Shown piece after piece: positions 30,156 through 40,474 of a stretch of DNA of 64,000 bases. The stretch is from a virus (taxonomy: Duplodnaviria > Heunggongvirae > Uroviricota > Caudoviricetes). A program made the position numbers and the translations under genes. Below the pieces are notes generated by a model. That model saw nothing but the letters and a program-made list of their open reading frames with translations. It ran no database searches and was not told where the DNA came from. The DNA is taken from positions 55,178-119,177 of IMG/VR virus record IMGVR_UViG_3300020048_006428; one strand, given 5' to 3'. The first letter of the stretch is position 1. Every line of letters begins with the position of its first letter.

Positions 30156-30557
30156 ATTTTTCTTTTTTTCAATAATTTCTTTTGATTTAGATGGATTATC
30201 AACGCCAAATTTTTCAATCATAGTATTTTTAATCCTTTCTTTTATTAATTTATTTTGAATTGGATATTCAACACCATGATTTTCTAATAATGTTTTCTTT
30301 CTTTTCTTTTCTGAACACTTTCTACAATAATATTCCCCCCAATTATTGTCATATTTAACATAGTTTTTAAATATTACTTCCTTTATAATACCACAACCAT
30401 CACATTTACAATCTATTTTATAATGACTACCAACTGATAATAGTTCAATTGGTATTATAATAGTTTCACCTATTATAACATCATCATAACCCAATTCTGT
30501 CCAGTATGAAAAATTAGATTCGTTTATTTTTATTATTATTTCTCTTGTTAATATCAT
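30138..30557 (-). CDS. Truncated Hef-like protein (Zn-binding/KYGV N-terminal part only)
   Basis: L..GS..KI...CD.C, Y.C..C, EKFGVDN as in 24490 and 30595; no nuclease domain. Confidence 0.6.
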   Translation of the reverse strand: MILTREIIIKINESNFSYWTELGYDDVIIGETIIIPIELLSVGSHYKIDCKCDGCGIIKEVIFKNYVKYDNNWGEYYCRKCSEKKRKKTLLENHGVEYPIQNKLIKERIKNTMIEKFGVDNPSKSKEIIEKKKNKNGSS

Positions 30558-30594
30558 AATTCTTTTCTTTTAAAAGTTATATGAAAATAATTAA

Positions 30595-32040
30595 TTAAAC
30601 TTTTTCATATTTTATTTTTCCACAATCCCATATTTTTGGAATTGTTAATGTTTTTTCGTTTTTCTTGAAATTTGATTTATGTATTCTTTTTCCATCTATT
30701 ACATATTTATAATCTGGATTTGATTCCTTAATCTTTATAAATCCTAACTTTTCATAAAGATTCCCATTTGACCAATCTCTGTCCGCATAACTTATTATTC
30801 TAACCACCTTATTGTTGTTTATAAAATATTTTAATAGTTTTGAAGCACCACCAACAACAGTATAGCCAATCTTATTACAAAATCTTGAAAGATTCCATTC
30901 ATCATCACTCATTCTATTCCTACCCTCAAGATGATCAAATATCATCATACTTACCAATTCATCATTCAAATATAAACCAATCTTTATATTTGAATTCACA
31001 AAACCTTGTATATGATTATTATTTAGAAAATTTCTAACAACATTTATATCTGAAATAAGTCTAATGTCACAATTTCTTGCATAAATACGATTGCTTAATT
31101 TTAAAATGTTTTTAATTTGACTTTTTATTATATCCGATTTATAATTCCAATCATCTTCCCATATATGAAAAATATGTATTCCTTTTTCATTGAAAAACTT
31201 AGTCTTAATTAAATGTGCATCCTTTTCTTTATATTTTTCTGAATGCCAATATATTCCATTAAATTCAAAGCCTAAATTCAATTCAGGTAAATATATATCT
31301 ATTTCATACTTATTTCTATAAGATTGCTTAATTTCACCATTATAAATAGATTTTATAAAATTAAATAACATAATTTCTTGACCTGATTGATGTCTGTCTA
31401 CTGGATTGCAAATAGTGCATAATATTGTTTGGTATTTTATTCTTTTAGAATAATTTTCAATATTTATTTCAAAACTATGTTCTTTTCCTTGGTCACAACT
31501 AAATGAAGAATTCCCTTTTTCTAAATAATTTAGATAGTTTTTATTCTTAGCTATTTTGAAATATAATTTTCTAAAGTCTTCATTTTGTCTATTATTTTCA
31601 GTTTTCCAATTTGATAAGAATCTATCCACTTTTTTCTTTTTTACATCATCGCATTTAGATATATTATCAACACCATACTTTTCTAAATTAGTATTTGTTC
31701 TCTTTTCCTTTATAGATTCCTTATCTAACTTTGATAAGGAATCTTTTACTTTTATATTTATATCAATGGATTGTGATATAAATTCAACACCATACTTTTC
31801 CTTATTGGTCTTTTTAGTCTTTTCTTTTGTAGAATCTAATTGAAATACATTTTCAACACCATACTTTTCTAAATTATTCTTTTTTAACTTGCATTTTCTA
31901 CATAAATAATCACCATTTGAATATCCATATGATGTATATAATTTATACTTCATATTTTTTGGTGAATTACAAGAATCACATAACAAATCTATTTCTACAT
32001 TAGACCATTTACTAAGGTTGGTTATATCTGATATTATCAT
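30595..32040 (-). CDS. Hef-like mobile nuclease (KYGV repeats + Vsr-like + GNAT-like)
   Basis: EIDIYLP..GFEFNGIYWH...IWEDDW; HIQG; LSRF; GGASKL; SYAD. Confidence 0.72.
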   Translation of the reverse strand: MIISDITNLSKWSNVEIDLLCDSCNSPKNMKYKLYTSYGYSNGDYLCRKCKLKKNNLEKYGVENVFQLDSTKEKTKKTNKEKYGVEFISQSIDINIKVKDSLSKLDKESIKEKRTNTNLEKYGVDNISKCDDVKKKKVDRFLSNWKTENNRQNEDFRKLYFKIAKNKNYLNYLEKGNSSFSCDQGKEHSFEINIENYSKRIKYQTILCTICNPVDRHQSGQEIMLFNFIKSIYNGEIKQSYRNKYEIDIYLPELNLGFEFNGIYWHSEKYKEKDAHLIKTKFFNEKGIHIFHIWEDDWNYKSDIIKSQIKNILKLSNRIYARNCDIRLISDINVVRNFLNNNHIQGFVNSNIKIGLYLNDELVSMMIFDHLEGRNRMSDDEWNLSRFCNKIGYTVVGGASKLLKYFINNNKVVRIISYADRDWSNGNLYEKLGFIKIKESNPDYKYVIDGKRIHKSNFKKNEKTLTIPKIWDCGKIKYEKV

Positions 32041-33596
32041 AGTATAATTTCATATAAATTTGAACCACAATCAAAAATTCTTAAATATCCAAGACTGTGC
32101 ATTATTTCAATTTCAGTTTTATTTTTATCATATCCCATTTTAACTAAAATGTCTTTTCTATACTTCCATCTATTTTCTTTCAAACATGTGTTTTTATTAA
32201 ACCAGTGGTAATTTGGTTTCTTTTTCTTTTCTATTAATTTAAATCCTGCTTTAATATAAGAGTCACCCCTATTGAAAGAACGATCGCAATAACTTATTAT
32301 CCTTTCGGTGTTATAATTCTTTTTTAAATAACTTATTGTTTTTGATAAACCACCAATTATATTTAAATCCTTTTTACTACAAAATCTCAATAATTCATAC
32401 TCATTTTCATTAATATTTTTATGTCCAAGATTTCTTCTTAAATTTCCAAATGTTGCCAATCCTATTAATTCATCATTATTAAATATACCCAATTTTATTT
32501 TGGATTGACACCAACCTTGTATATGGTTTTCATCTAAAAACAATCTTGATGAAGAATTATCAATTGGTTTTATAATACACTTTCTACCATATACAACATT
32601 TTTATTTAAATTTAATTTATTTATTAATCTGTGTTTAATTATATCTTGTTTATATTTCCAATCATCTTCCCATATATTTATAATATTTATTCCCAATTCA
32701 TCAAAAAATGCTAATTTATCAAGATGATAGTTTTTATCTTTATAAATTTCAGAATGCCAATATAACCCATTACATTCTATTCCAATATTAAGCTCTGGCA
32801 AATATATATCTATTTCATACTTTTTAAATTTCTTATGATTCGATATTATATCGCCATTATAGATTGATTTTACATAATCAAATACCTTTTTTTCAAAATT
32901 AGATGATCCGTTTATTGGATTGCATTTGGTGCATATATCTATTTCAAATCTTTTTCTTTGACTGAATAATGTTGATTTTATAATGAAATCCTTATTACAA
33001 GTATCACAATATAATTCAAAGTTACCATTTTCAATGTTAATAATATTAAATCCATTTGATTCTATATTATTGATAGTTTTTTTCCTATTTGTTTCTTTTC
33101 TACCAACTTTAGAATTTTCAACTATTTTTTTAATAATATCAATGTTTTTTGAAACAATATCAACACCATATTTTTCTAAATTTGTTTCATTTCTTTTATT
33201 GTTTATCTCTTCTTTTCGTTCATCAGAAAATTGACCCTTTGTTATATTTGCACGTTCAGTCATTTCTTTTCTTAGTTCAACATCATTGTTAGATTTAGTT
33301 AGTGCTTCAACTCTTTTAGCCTTTATTTCTACATTTTTATGTGTGTCTAATGCTGCACATTTTCTTGAACAGTATTTTCTATAACCCTTATAGAACTTAG
33401 TAAAATTAACCTTTTCTATTTTACAATTTTCACATTTTGGTCTTTCTGTTAAACCATTTTGATAAAGATAAATTCTTTCAGATAAAGATATATTTTCTTC
33501 TGTTACTATATAATTTATAATATCATAGTATTCTTTGTGGTTATTTTTCAACCACTTTTCACTTATTCCATTTGTTGTATTAAAATGTAAATCCAT
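32037..33596 (-). CDS. Hef-like mobile nuclease (Zn + Vsr-like + GNAT-like)
   Basis: EIDIYLP..GIECNGLYWH...IWEDDW; HIQG; ELLRF; SYCD. Confidence 0.72.
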   Translation of the reverse strand: MDLHFNTTNGISEKWLKNNHKEYYDIINYIVTEENISLSERIYLYQNGLTERPKCENCKIEKVNFTKFYKGYRKYCSRKCAALDTHKNVEIKAKRVEALTKSNNDVELRKEMTERANITKGQFSDERKEEINNKRNETNLEKYGVDIVSKNIDIIKKIVENSKVGRKETNRKKTINNIESNGFNIINIENGNFELYCDTCNKDFIIKSTLFSQRKRFEIDICTKCNPINGSSNFEKKVFDYVKSIYNGDIISNHKKFKKYEIDIYLPELNIGIECNGLYWHSEIYKDKNYHLDKLAFFDELGINIINIWEDDWKYKQDIIKHRLINKLNLNKNVVYGRKCIIKPIDNSSSRLFLDENHIQGWCQSKIKLGIFNNDELIGLATFGNLRRNLGHKNINENEYELLRFCSKKDLNIIGGLSKTISYLKKNYNTERIISYCDRSFNRGDSYIKAGFKLIEKKKKPNYHWFNKNTCLKENRWKYRKDILVKMGYDKNKTEIEIMHSLGYLRIFDCGSNLYEIIL

Positions 33597-33706
33597 ATAA
33601 TATATATTATTTTATTGGTCTTTTGTTGTCTTCTATAAAAAATCCGCCTGGAAAAAATTACAATTTGGACGCTCTATATATATCTTATAAAAATAAATTG
33701 TAATAA

Positions 33707-35863
33707 ATGAAACCAATCCTTATTGTTGAAAACAATGCTAATCCTTTAAGGGAAAGTGTTATTGGTTCGGGTAGTAAAAAAGAATATTTATTAGGTGGTA
33801 TATTTACCGAGTTTAACGTGAAAAATCGAAATGAACGTATCTACACAGCCGATAAATTCTTGCCTTGCTTACAAGAACTAAATGAACGTATTGTTAATAT
33901 GGGTGTCGTGTATGGTGAGTTTGATCACCCCGACGTCTTCGACACCTCGTTGTCAAGGGCATCACACATTATAACAAAAGCTTCTTTTGTTAAAGAATCA
34001 AATCGTGTTGATGGTCAGATTAAATTATTAAATACTTATTGGGGTAAAGAAGCTAAATCATTGGTAGAAGATGGTTGTCCAGTTTTTGTATCTTCAAGAG
34101 CTGCTGGTGTAACTGAATCTGATGGTACAGTAACATTGAAAAAACTATTCACATATGATATAGTTGCTGATCCTGGCTTTGCATCAGCTAAAATGAGTTC
34201 CATTAATGAATCTTTTGGATTCACAAATAAAGCTAACTTTAGGATATACGAAATGTCCGACGAGTCAAAAATAAATAACCTTTTCGACATGAACAAAAAT
34301 GACTATGTTACAAAACAGCAGTTGTCAGACTATTCTAAGTATTTAGTTACTGAAATAGCTTCTACTAAGAAAGTTGCAAACAATGCTATTAAGACCGGTA
34401 ATCTTTCACCAAGAAAATTGGATGAATTACTTGGTTACTATGAAGAATTAAATAAAACAAATACTCAAATGGTTAAATATTTGGATTATTTGGCTGAAAA
34501 AGTTCAAGTAGTAGTAAATGAAAATAAATCATTGAAGAATACAACTAAGAAGTTGATTGATCACAATGATTATTTGGCTGAAAGTTTAGAAAAATCTATT
34601 AACTATACTGAATATTTAGCAGAAACAGTTGATAAGAACATTTCTTATTCAGAATACTTAGCAGAAACAGTTGATAAGAACATTTCTTATACTAAGTATA
34701 TTGCTGAAAATGTTGATAAGAACATTTCTTATTCAGAATACTTAGCAGAAACAGTTGATAAGAATATTGCTTATTCAGAATACTTAGCAGAATCAGTTGA
34801 TAAGAATATTGCTTATTCAGAATACTTAGCAGAAAGTCTTGATAAGAATATTGCTTATGCTGAATATATTGCTGAAAATCTTGATAAGAATATTGCTTAT
34901 TCAGAATACTTAGCTGAAAATTTAGATGGTTCAATTGCTTATTCAGAATACTTAGCAGAAAACGTTGATGGTAACATTGCTTATTCAGAATATATTGCTG
35001 AAAATTTAGATGATAATATCGCTTATTCAGAATATATTGCAGAAAGTCTTGATAAAACAGTTTCTTATGCTGGTATGATTTCTGAAAAATTGAATGGTGG
35101 TAAATTAAATGAAAGTTTTGGAAAAAGCAAATTCCCAACATTAGAAAACGCTGGTTTTGAAATGGTTGAAGAAGAAGAAGAAGATAATCATTATGATGAT
35201 GATATGAATTATGGTGATAATAATATGCCACAATTGAATGCTCAAACAAGAAATCATGAATATACACAAGATGGTGAATTTGATGATGAATATTTTGATG
35301 AAGAAGAATGTGATACATGTGATGATGAAGAAGAATTCGGTGGTGAATCTGATTCTGCATTATCTCAGCAAATAGACACATTAATTGAAGAAGCTAGAAA
35401 ACGTAAGGTTTCTGAAACTAATGATTTACACTTTTTAAAATTTTTGAATAAATCCCAAGTTAATAGTTTTTACGAATTAACAAATGAGGAACAAGAACAA
35501 GTTAAACTTCATATAAACGAAAGAAGCTATTTTACAAGTTCAGAAGTATTAACAATGATTCAAGAATCATTATCAACTAAAAATGAATCTTTGGAAGAAA
35601 GATTGATCAGATTGATGCCTGATAACATTAAGCCAATCTGGTTACAAATGAATGAATCTTCTAAAAGATCTATCTTGTCACAAGCTAGACTTTACACAGA
35701 CTTAACAACTGAAGCAAAAGTTGATCATTTCTGGGCAACAAGAGAAATCAAAAAGAATCAATCAGTAACAAAAAAATTGATTACACACGAACCAATTATC
35801 CAAGAAGATAAAATATCAAATTCTGATATGCATGCTATCTTAGAAAGATTCAAAAGTATTTAA
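33707..35863 (+). CDS. Prohead protease (T4 gp21-like) fused to a repeat-rich scaffold/core region
   Basis: N.N.R.Y, GEFDHP, SH.I, T..GK, VSSRAAG, TYDIVADPG; followed by 14-aa repeats and an acidic linker. Confidence 0.9.
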   Translation: MKPILIVENNANPLRESVIGSGSKKEYLLGGIFTEFNVKNRNERIYTADKFLPCLQELNERIVNMGVVYGEFDHPDVFDTSLSRASHIITKASFVKESNRVDGQIKLLNTYWGKEAKSLVEDGCPVFVSSRAAGVTESDGTVTLKKLFTYDIVADPGFASAKMSSINESFGFTNKANFRIYEMSDESKINNLFDMNKNDYVTKQQLSDYSKYLVTEIASTKKVANNAIKTGNLSPRKLDELLGYYEELNKTNTQMVKYLDYLAEKVQVVVNENKSLKNTTKKLIDHNDYLAESLEKSINYTEYLAETVDKNISYSEYLAETVDKNISYTKYIAENVDKNISYSEYLAETVDKNIAYSEYLAESVDKNIAYSEYLAESLDKNIAYAEYIAENLDKNIAYSEYLAENLDGSIAYSEYLAENVDGNIAYSEYIAENLDDNIAYSEYIAESLDKTVSYAGMISEKLNGGKLNESFGKSKFPTLENAGFEMVEEEEEDNHYDDDMNYGDNNMPQLNAQTRNHEYTQDGEFDDEYFDEEECDTCDDEEEFGGESDSALSQQIDTLIEEARKRKVSETNDLHFLKFLNKSQVNSFYELTNEEQEQVKLHINERSYFTSSEVLTMIQESLSTKNESLEERLIRLMPDNIKPIWLQMNESSKRSILSQARLYTDLTTEAKVDHFWATREIKKNQSVTKKLITHEPIIQEDKISNSDMHAILERFKSI
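34604..35065 (+). repeat. 11 tandem 42-bp repeats encoding YSEY(L/I)AE(N/S/T)(L/V)DKNI(A/S)
   Basis: Seen directly, with degenerate units on each side. Confidence 0.95.
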
Positions 35864-35955
35864 TCTATAAAAAATCCACCCTTTAAAAAATTGATATTTA
35901 GGTGGTCAATATATACAGTATAGATTAAACAAACAAAAAAAAATTATTTAAAATT

Positions 35956-37734
35956 ATGTCAAACATTAGAATAGACAAACAAAAAGCTTTAAAGAAATGG
36001 GCTCCAGTTTTAGAAAATATGGGCGTTGCAGGAGATGAAAGACTCGACTGGATGTCAGAACTAGCTGAATACCATTCAATTAACGAAAACGCATATGTAA
36101 ACGCAGCTAACGCTGGTATGGGTAGTGTAGTAGGTGCTCAACCATCAGTTTATGCAGGTTCAACAAACTTTACTGCTAATGCAGTTAATCAAACTAACCA
36201 ATATGCTAGTGCATTAGGTAACTTAGGTTCAGGTGATGTTGGTCAAAACATGTTGCCAGTTGCAATGAAAATTGCTGCTCAGACAATCGGTCTTGATTTA
36301 GTATCAGTTAAACCAACACCAGGTCCAAAATTAGACTTGCTTTATATTGACTTCCAATATGATGATGTTGATACAACACAAGCTAATCCAGTTGTATTTA
36401 AATACACAGATGTACAACTTCTTTCATATAGAGCTTCTATCCGTGCTTTTATGGTAGCTAATAGCATTGTTGAAACAACAGGTGGTCTTGCATTCGGTTC
36501 AACAACAGGTGCATCAGCTAGAATATTTGTTAATATTGCAACTGGTGTTCCAACAATAACTGCTCCTGTTGCTACTGGTGACAAACAAAACATTGTAGAA
36601 TTCTTAGGTTTCTCACGTATTGATGGTCAATTGATGTTTAGAGCTTACAGACAAGCTAACGCTGTTGGTAATTTTAGTTTATCATCAAGTTCACCTTATG
36701 CTGCACCTTATGCTTGGGATCAAACACAGAATACGTTCTCACCAACAAATTCTATGGTTTCTCAAATTGATTTCTTACCATTTGCTACAACTGGCTTTAC
36801 TGCTTCTGGTGCTACTGCTACAACAGCAACTGATCAAGCAATCAACTTGATTTCTGCTTTAGAAGACCACTTACCTGGTTTTTCAACTAACTTCTCTGCA
36901 AACTCTAAAGGTGGATTGTATCCAATGTCAAGAGCTGAAGATGATTTATCTTATGCAGGTGTAATCGGACCAAAAGTATCTACTAAGTCAATTGCAGTTG
37001 GTACTATCGAAGTTTCTTCTGTTCTTAGAAGAACTGAAATTGAAGACATCAAAGCTAACACAGGTATGGATATCGTTCAAAAAATGGAATCAATCCTTGT
37101 TAATGAATTGTCACAAACAATTTCTAAACAAATCGTAGCTAAAATCTTTGAAATGGGTGATCTTAACAGAACTTCTGCACCTACATTCGGTGGAACTGCT
37201 ACAATTACAGGTCATACAGTATTTGACTTAGATACAAATTATGCAGCAGCCGGTCCTGGTGGTGAAACTACACATTCTATCCAACGTAAACTTATTACTA
37301 AGATGGTTCATGCGTCTAACTTCATTGCAACAGAAGGTCGTGTTGGTCCAGCACAATTCGCTGTAACTAACGGAGCATTGGCAGCAACTTTGATGGATAT
37401 TTCAGGTTATACAATTAATCCTGTTAAATCTAAAATGAATGCAGCAGGTCAATTATATCCAGTAGGTCAAATCGGTGATATGCAAGTATATGTTGATCCA
37501 TATATGAAATATAATGACAACCGTATCGTTATCGGTAGAAAGAACAATCCCGACCAACCTGGTATCTTGTTTGTTCCTTACTTAATGGCACAGTCAATAA
37601 GCATTATATCTGAAGCGACATTCGCACCAAGAATGTTATTGCGTTCAAGATACGCAGTCGCAGAAGTTGGTTGGTATCCACAAAAACAATTTATGACAAT
37701 TGTTGTTAAAGATACTAATAGCTATCTTAACTAA
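35956..37734 (+). CDS. Major capsid protein, T4 gp23-like
   Basis: KW.PVLE, P.A..I.AQTIG.DLV.V.P, E..QTI.KQI, G.IG...VYVDPY, PG..F.PY, F.PR....SRYA; high-expression codon usage. Confidence 0.93.
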   Translation: MSNIRIDKQKALKKWAPVLENMGVAGDERLDWMSELAEYHSINENAYVNAANAGMGSVVGAQPSVYAGSTNFTANAVNQTNQYASALGNLGSGDVGQNMLPVAMKIAAQTIGLDLVSVKPTPGPKLDLLYIDFQYDDVDTTQANPVVFKYTDVQLLSYRASIRAFMVANSIVETTGGLAFGSTTGASARIFVNIATGVPTITAPVATGDKQNIVEFLGFSRIDGQLMFRAYRQANAVGNFSLSSSSPYAAPYAWDQTQNTFSPTNSMVSQIDFLPFATTGFTASGATATTATDQAINLISALEDHLPGFSTNFSANSKGGLYPMSRAEDDLSYAGVIGPKVSTKSIAVGTIEVSSVLRRTEIEDIKANTGMDIVQKMESILVNELSQTISKQIVAKIFEMGDLNRTSAPTFGGTATITGHTVFDLDTNYAAAGPGGETTHSIQRKLITKMVHASNFIATEGRVGPAQFAVTNGALAATLMDISGYTINPVKSKMNAAGQLYPVGQIGDMQVYVDPYMKYNDNRIVIGRKNNPDQPGILFVPYLMAQSISIISEATFAPRMLLRSRYAVAEVGWYPQKQFMTIVVKDTNSYLN

Positions 37735-37752
37735 TCGTAAAGATGAATATAT

Positions 37753-37790
37753 AAAAAATAGAAGGTTTAATCACCTTCTATTTTTTTTTT
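37753..37790 (+). terminator. Intrinsic terminator after the capsid gene
   Basis: aaaaaatagaaggt-ttaatc-accttctattttttttt. Confidence 0.8.
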
Positions 37791-37837
37791 GTATCTATCG
37801 TCAAGCGAACATTTCTTCTATTTTATATATAATTAAT

Positions 37838-39730
37838 ATGGAAAAATTAGAAATTATAAATAAAATATTAAATGGTTCTGCAACCAAATTAAGGGAATCT
37901 TATTTTATAAATAAACATAATGATATTTATGATGAAATAATACAATATTGTATTAACATAAATGATTTACCATTTAAACATAAATTATGGCATTGGGTGA
38001 ATGATAATCCTAATTACTTCACATGTAAGTGTGGGAAATATACTACTTTTAATAAAAATTGGTTAAATGGTTATAGAAAATTTTGCACACCAAAATGCGC
38101 ACAAACTGAAACATCTACAAAGGAAAAACGCAAAAAGACAACATTAGAAAAATATGGTGTTGAAAACATAGCTATGTCTGAAACATCAAAGAAGAAACAA
38201 GAAGAAACTAATTTACTTAAATATGGTTCAAAATCTTCCTTTCAAAATAAAGAAGTTAAAGAAAAATGGAAAAAAACCATAAATGATAAATATGGTGTTG
38301 ATCATTATTTCCAAACAGATGAATTTAAAATTAAATCTATTGAAACAAACAATATTAAATATGGTGCTGATTATTATGTTCAGACTGATGATTATATAAA
38401 TAAAACTATAAATACCAATATAGAAAAATATGGTAAAAATTGGTATACACAAACTTTTGAATATAAAGAAAAAGCAAAGAAAACAAATATAGAAAAGTAT
38501 GGTGTTGAACATTTAAGTAAAGACTTAAAATATAAGGAATCTATTAAGAATAAAAATAATGGGGTTTATTATTTTCAAACGGATAAATTTAAAAATAAAT
38601 CTATTGAAACAAATAATATTAAATATGGTGTTAATCACTATACAAAATCTAAGGAATATAAAGAATATATAAATACTAATTTATATAAAGAAAAAAGATT
38701 TAATGAAAGTATAGATTTTTATAAAAAAAGAAATTTAAATTTTATTGAAAAAATAGATAAAAATGTATCATTATATAGTGATGTGTGTAATCATACATTT
38801 GAAATACATCCAACTAATTTAACAAGAAGACAAGAAGTTGGTGTAATTGTATGCACAAAATGTAATCCAATAGATAGTGGTCAATCAGGTCAAGAATTAA
38901 ATTTAATATCTTGGTTATTGTCACTTGATTTAGAAATACATTGTAAAAGAAGAGATATAATATCACCATTGGAATTGGATGTTTATATACCATCAAAAAA
39001 AGTAGCTATTGAATTTAATGGATTATATTGGCATTCTGAAAAATATAAGGATAAAAAATATCACTTAGATAAGTCATTAAAATGTAGCGAACAAGGGATA
39101 GATTTAATACATGTTTGGGAAGATGATTGGATGAATAGAAGAAATATTATTAAATCAATAATATTATCAAGATTAGGACTTATTGAAAATAAGATATATG
39201 GTAGAAAATGTCAAATTAAAATAGTAGATAATAGGGAATTGGTTAATAATTTTTTCAATGATAATCATATTCAGGGTAAAACAAAATACAAAACTGCAAT
39301 TGGGTTATATTATAATAATGAAATGGTTTCTTGTATGTTATTTAACAAACCAAAGAAAAGTTTGGAATTGGTTAGATTCGCTAATAAAAAAGACTATTCA
39401 GTTATTGGTGCTGCATCAAAGTTATTTAAATATTATGTTAATAATAATGATTTTGAAGAAATTGTTTCTTTTGCTGATAGGTCAATATTCAATGGTAATT
39501 TATATAAAACATTGGGATTTGAATTTGTTTGGAAAACCGATGTTAATTATTGGTGGGTAGTTAATCATGTTAGAAGGCATAGGTTTAATTATAGCAAATC
39601 AAAGTTGATTAAAAATGGTGGTGATCCTAATAAAACAGAAGTTCAGATTATGTTGGAATTGGGACATTTTAGGGTATGGGGTTGTGGATTAGATAAGTGG
39701 GTTTGGAAAAAAAATGGTTTTGAAATTTAA
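37838..39730 (+). CDS. Hef-like mobile nuclease with about 8 KYG repeats
   Basis: Start reassigned to the ATG at 37838, downstream of the capsid terminator; AIEFNGLYWH, VWEDDW, HIQG, ELVRF, SFAD. Confidence 0.72.
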   Translation: MEKLEIINKILNGSATKLRESYFINKHNDIYDEIIQYCININDLPFKHKLWHWVNDNPNYFTCKCGKYTTFNKNWLNGYRKFCTPKCAQTETSTKEKRKKTTLEKYGVENIAMSETSKKKQEETNLLKYGSKSSFQNKEVKEKWKKTINDKYGVDHYFQTDEFKIKSIETNNIKYGADYYVQTDDYINKTINTNIEKYGKNWYTQTFEYKEKAKKTNIEKYGVEHLSKDLKYKESIKNKNNGVYYFQTDKFKNKSIETNNIKYGVNHYTKSKEYKEYINTNLYKEKRFNESIDFYKKRNLNFIEKIDKNVSLYSDVCNHTFEIHPTNLTRRQEVGVIVCTKCNPIDSGQSGQELNLISWLLSLDLEIHCKRRDIISPLELDVYIPSKKVAIEFNGLYWHSEKYKDKKYHLDKSLKCSEQGIDLIHVWEDDWMNRRNIIKSIILSRLGLIENKIYGRKCQIKIVDNRELVNNFFNDNHIQGKTKYKTAIGLYYNNEMVSCMLFNKPKKSLELVRFANKKDYSVIGAASKLFKYYVNNNDFEEIVSFADRSIFNGNLYKTLGFEFVWKTDVNYWWVVNHVRRHRFNYSKSKLIKNGGDPNKTEVQIMLELGHFRVWGCGLDKWVWKKNGFEI

Positions 39731-39753
39731 TATATAAATAAAAACTAAAAACT

Positions 39754-40419
39754 ATGTCTAAACCGTATATTAAAATTAATTCGGCTTCTCATTCAGGTGG
39801 TGTTTTGGGTATTGATTATACATTCCTTAAATTGAGGGGTAATATGAGTGGTGGTGGTGATATCACTATTCTTGGATTATCTGATTCAATTTCATTCTAT
39901 CAGCCCGATAGTTACACTTATAATGAAGTAGCTACTTTTTCAGTGCCAACTGTTGCCCCAGGTGCAGGTGCTGCTTATTCTGATCCAAGTGCAATTACTT
40001 GGACGTTTGCTGGTGTTCCTAATGGAATAGGTACAACTGCTACAAATGCTAAGTATACTTTAGCAGGTGTTGAATTATCAAATTATACAGCATCAACTGC
40101 TACTTTATCTGTATTTTTGACAGGATTAGTAAGTTCATTTGTATTTGGTGGTACTGCTACTGGATTTTCAGCATTAGCTGGTTCTAATACTGTTACATTT
40201 AATGTTCCTGCTAATAGTGGAAATACTTATAATTCGACAGGTATTTTGTTAAATTTAACACAAGGAACTGCATCAATTGTTGGAACTGCATCAAGTGGAT
40301 TAGCAACTGCTGCTACATTCTCTGGTGGTTCAACAACTATTAATTTAGTTATGTCAACTACTGTTGGTGGTTATATGGAAGGTGTTTCAAGCACATCTTT
40401 TACTGCATCTGTTCTTTAA
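39754..40419 (+). CDS. Ser/Thr/Gly/Ala-rich putative virion decoration protein
   Basis: Composition typical of beta-rich virion proteins; late-type promoter; near the capsid gene. Confidence 0.55.
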   Translation: MSKPYIKINSASHSGGVLGIDYTFLKLRGNMSGGGDITILGLSDSISFYQPDSYTYNEVATFSVPTVAPGAGAAYSDPSAITWTFAGVPNGIGTTATNAKYTLAGVELSNYTASTATLSVFLTGLVSSFVFGGTATGFSALAGSNTVTFNVPANSGNTYNSTGILLNLTQGTASIVGTASSGLATAATFSGGSTTINLVMSTTVGGYMEGVSSTSFTASVL

Positions 40420-40436
40420 AAATAAAATCAAATTAA

Positions 40437-40470
40437 AAAAAAGCCAATTCAAATTTGAATTGGCTTTTTT
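40437..40470. terminator. Bidirectional terminator (AAGCCAAT family)
   Basis: aaaaaagccaattcaa-a-tttgaattggctttttt. Confidence 0.8.
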
Positions 40471-40474
40471 ATAT

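Noticed and set aside
34604-35065. 42-bp tandem repeats as a CRISPR array
   Set aside because: No unique spacers; the units are in-frame codon repeats within the protease-scaffold ORF, and no cas genes are seen.
37700-37837. N-terminal extensions given in the ORF track (37700, 56323, 55655, 13902)
   Set aside because: They run across terminators, promoters or neighbouring genes; paralog alignment supports the downstream ATGs.
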